Assembly (NCBI GenBank): GCA_036172245.1
Contig: JAYWIR010000107.1
Location: forward strand, 1 to 64,000
Length of the DNA: 64,000 bases
Direction of reading: 5' to 3'
Source: Raillietiella orientalis
Lineage: Eukaryota
The first letter of the stretch is position 1, and each line of letters starts with the position of its first letter. The translations under genes were made by a program, and so were the position numbers. Of this stretch, positions 61,273 to 64,000 are shown in pieces. The notes below the pieces were generated by a model. It worked only from the letters and a program-made list of their open reading frames with translations. It searched no databases and was not told the DNA's origin.

Positions 61273-63027
61273 ATGGCATCGCTGCCAGAGTACACCACGA
61301 TGGAGGTAGTCGTAAGGGAGGCTAGCCCCCCCCCCCCACGACCTACAGAATCAGCGGCATCCGCCCCGGAATCGCCCTCGTCGCCCAAGACGAGGAGCTG
61401 GAGCGCCATGGTCGCCGCGCCTAGCGCGGAAACCTTGGCTGAGCAAGCGGCCTACAGGGCCTCCGGATATAAATCATCCCTGGTTTATAAGGTAGGAAAC
61501 CTGTTCGACGGTCGCACCGCGCGTGCCTTTAGCAAGGCACTACAGGAATTTCCCGTGCGTGAGGAGGATCTTGACGGCCTCGCCGTACTCAGCGGGGGGC
61601 AACGCGTGGAGGTCGTCTGCAAAGACGTAGCCCTAGCGCAGCGCCTCATCAACACCCCGCTGAATGTGGCTGGCCGAAAGATCCTACCCGTTAGCATGGA
61701 CCGCTCCGTAGTGGTTCATCTAACGGGGATCACGAACCGCATGACGCGTTCTGCGGTGAACGCGGAATTGAGGAAATACGGAGATGTGCACGTGCTGTGG
61801 CCAAAGCCAACCATTTTAGACGGCTATAACAGCCTCTTTGGTGGCCAGGCAGCAGCGCGTGTCACTGTGAACGAGGGTGCCGGGTTACCCCACAAACTGG
61901 AGGTCGGGAAGGAGCCCGTCGACCTCTGGTACGTGGGGAAACCCCGCTATTGTGGCTACTGCGATGCAGTAGGGCATGTGCGCAGGCGGTGCCCGAATAT
62001 CGAGTGCCACTTGTGCGGGGAAAAGGGACACGTCCGTCGTGTGTGCCCTAAACGCCCCACCCCGGTGCCACCTGCTGCCAAAAAGGCACAGGCGAAAAAG
62101 ATGAATAAGGTCGAAAGACCTCATCGCGAGAATGGCCGGCCCCAGCAGCCTTCTCCTCCTCCTCGAACCCAGGCGGCGGCGGAAAAAACCGCGAAAGACG
62201 CGGGCAAGGAAGAAGGATGGACGCTCGTAAAGGCCAGAAAAGAACCCAAAAAGGGTTCGCAAGAGAAGGCGGAGAAAAAGACGGTCGCGAAGGCGAAAAA
62301 ACCTGGTCCGCGATCTAAAACTCTCCGCGAGTGCTCGGTAGCACTGGAGCGCATCAGCGTTCCCGAGGCTGCCACCCGGGGCGACGAGCCTCTTCTCGCC
62401 GTTTCCGCCGCGCCCGACGTTCGCGACGGCGAACCCTCTGTTTGCACAGAGGGTGAAACGCGCGACGCGCTCGCCACCGGCGAGGACGCCGCCTTCGCGA
62501 AGGCGGCGGAGGAGCTCGCGGCCACGCTGGCTGAGCGTGAGAACCCCTCGCGCAAGGCCGTGCGAAGGCCGGCTCCAGTAAAGAATGCCCCCGCAGGTGA
62601 GTTAGAACTGGGGGCCGGAAGTACATCCTCCTCCTCGGAAGCACCCCCCCGGAAGACGGGACGCAAGTCCCAAAAGCCGAGGAAGCGCCTCCCCTCCACG
62701 AACGAGGAGGAGAAGCAGGAAGTCGCCGGCAGCGAGGGAATCCCGGAGGGAGAGCTCCCTCGCGCGGAAGCGGTCGAGCAGGACACCCCCATGGAGGAGG
62801 GTGAGCAGGGGGGCGAAATCCCCCCTGCCGTCGCGGACCCTGAGGAGCCCACCCCTATGGAGGAGGGCCAGCAGGTAGGCGCGACCCCACCTGAGGGTGA
62901 ACCGCCCGACGCGCCGTCACCGATGGAAGAGGGTGACCAGGTGCTAGAGGCACCTGTCCCTCCTCCTCCACCTAGCGTCCCGCCCCAACAGGTGGCGGAC
63001 GCCGCACAGCCGATTTTCCAGGAATAA
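61273..63027 (+). CDS. ORF1 of P2 (two CCHC knuckles); open
   Basis: CGYCDAVGHVRRRC, CHLCGEKGHVRRVC; first ATG at 61273. Confidence 0.88.
   Translation: MASLPEYTTMEVVVREASPPPPRPTESAASAPESPSSPKTRSWSAMVAAPSAETLAEQAAYRASGYKSSLVYKVGNLFDGRTARAFSKALQEFPVREEDLDGLAVLSGGQRVEVVCKDVALAQRLINTPLNVAGRKILPVSMDRSVVVHLTGITNRMTRSAVNAELRKYGDVHVLWPKPTILDGYNSLFGGQAAARVTVNEGAGLPHKLEVGKEPVDLWYVGKPRYCGYCDAVGHVRRRCPNIECHLCGEKGHVRRVCPKRPTPVPPAAKKAQAKKMNKVERPHRENGRPQQPSPPPRTQAAAEKTAKDAGKEEGWTLVKARKEPKKGSQEKAEKKTVAKAKKPGPRSKTLRECSVALERISVPEAATRGDEPLLAVSAAPDVRDGEPSVCTEGETRDALATGEDAAFAKAAEELAATLAERENPSRKAVRRPAPVKNAPAGELELGAGSTSSSSEAPPRKTGRKSQKPRKRLPSTNEEEKQEVAGSEGIPEGELPRAEAVEQDTPMEEGEQGGEIPPAVADPEEPTPMEEGQQVGATPPEGEPPDAPSPMEEGDQVLEAPVPPPPPSVPPQQVADAAQPIFQE
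62785..62945 (+). repeat. Three ~66-nt coding repeats (PMEEGxQ, 22-aa period) at the ORF1 C-terminus
   Basis: TPMEEGEQGG / TPMEEGQQVG / SPMEEGDQV; the same triplet is in E (31730-31885) and degenerate in P1. Confidence 0.8.
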
Positions 63028-64000
63028 CACCTGGGCTCGCCTGTCGCCATCGAAACCGCGTGGTTAGTTGGAACGTCAACGGGCTGCGCGACGACGGCAA
63101 CAGACGAGATACGGCCGACACCCTGCGTGACTTCGACCTGGCCCTGCTGCAGGAGATCCACGTGATCACCTCGGCAGACGTCCAGGAGATCGAGGCGATC
63201 GCGGGGGGTCGACTGTATTGGCGATGCGGCGCCCGCAACACCTGCGGGGTCGCGTTCTTCGTCAAGCCGGCCATCGACGCTGCCGTGAAGGGCGTACGCT
63301 TTGATGACGACGGTCGGGTCGGTCAGCTGATTCTCAGCTGCTCCGACTCGATCGAATTGATCGTCACGAACGTGTACGCCCCGAGCGGAAAAGGGGGATA
63401 CAGCGACCGTACCAGGCTGCTGGAAACCCTGAAACGCGATTGGCTGGCAGACACGAATGTGCGGAAGGCACACCTGATAGCTGGAGTCTTCAATCTCCGT
63501 CTGCTGTCAGGTGAGCCCGAAGCACCAGAACGCACGGCCAACGAGTTGTGCGCTGCCATGCGCACGCGCAACTTGTTGGCAGACGCGGAGGGAATGGACC
63601 GCAGCATCGACCACTTCTTCCTGGATGTCGACCTGTGCTCGCGGGTCGGCAAACGGGGAAAAGTTGCGTCGACGCTGTCGGACCATTCCAGGATCATCGC
63701 CGAGGTTTGCCCGCGCGACAAAGGACCCCCGTCCAGGGCGTGGCGGCTGCCTGGGGACTGGACGCGGCTCTCAGGTGCGAAAGAACGCCTTCGCGAATTC
63801 CTGAGAGGCGTCACCCTCCGCAGTCTCCAAGACTGGGACCTCTTCAAGGCCTCGGTCCGCGAGTTCTGCGAGGAGTTTCCCCTGCAGCGCCTGCCCCCCG
63901 GATTCGGGGAGGGGGCTCGGAACCAGCGGGCTTATCTACAGGCCCGCCGGTACGAGAGGACCCCGAATGTCCGTCGCCTCGCGGAATATCGAGCCGGGGC

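Larger units (their letters stand above)
61173..64000 (+). mobile_element. Element P2: subfamily II, 5' end, ORF1 and ORF2 N-terminus; runs off the right edge
   Basis: GGACGTGTTTTT at 61184; EN motifs WNVNG, LQEIH, NVYAP, GVFN (D>V) and SDH read manually from 63027. Confidence 0.92.

Noticed and set aside
62121..63473. Long antisense ORFs (also 57002..57916, 30957..32147, 14957..16534, 29325..30365, 22783..23715)
   Set aside because: These are shadow frames of GC-rich LINE coding sequence. They have no recognisable motifs, and their starts and ends are not conserved between copies.
52633..64000. Twin-priming 5' inversions as the cause of the head-to-head junctions
   Set aside because: P2 extends beyond the supposed breakpoint, and C is joined to an RT whose C-terminus and tail resemble E (a different subfamily). 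Independent insertions fit better.
1..64000. CRISPR arrays, tRNA/rRNA/snRNA genes, LTRs, group II introns, retrons or DGR-type RT systems
   Set aside because: None seen. All RTs have non-LTR motifs with APE or RLE partners, and the repeats are dispersed LINE copies.

Overview
This is eukaryotic genomic DNA. Positions 1-4.1 kb hold the edge of a LINE nest plus a decayed R2-group (NeSL/Utopia-like, restriction-like endonuclease) element. About 4.2-13 kb is more AT-rich unique sequence, containing two exons of a GM2-activator/ML-domain host gene. From ~13 kb to the window end the sequence is an almost uninterrupted Russian-doll nest of about 15 copies or fragments of L1/Tx1-type non-LTR retrotransposons (ORF1 with CCHC knuckles; ORF2 with APE endonuclease, RT and C-terminal Zn motif). 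Element labels (A, B, B2 ...) and subfamily names (I, II, III) are my own, assigned by eye from ORF1/EN motifs. Main candidate system: these elements insert into one another, mostly in antisense, and reuse the same sites. Subfamily I lands at the RT motif D-L-H-K-A-F-D (4 junctions) and subfamily II at the ORF2 linker motif G-F-G (2 junctions). Copies share a 5' terminal GGACGTGTTTT motif and a 3' terminal AATAAA plus GC hairpin with almost no poly(A). Their endonuclease is ~20 aa short in the region that normally carries the specificity hairpin loop, and subfamily II has no AUG for ORF2. Boundaries are read by eye. They are exact where a TSD is quoted and approximate (a few nt) elsewhere. Misassembly cannot be excluded in such repetitive DNA.
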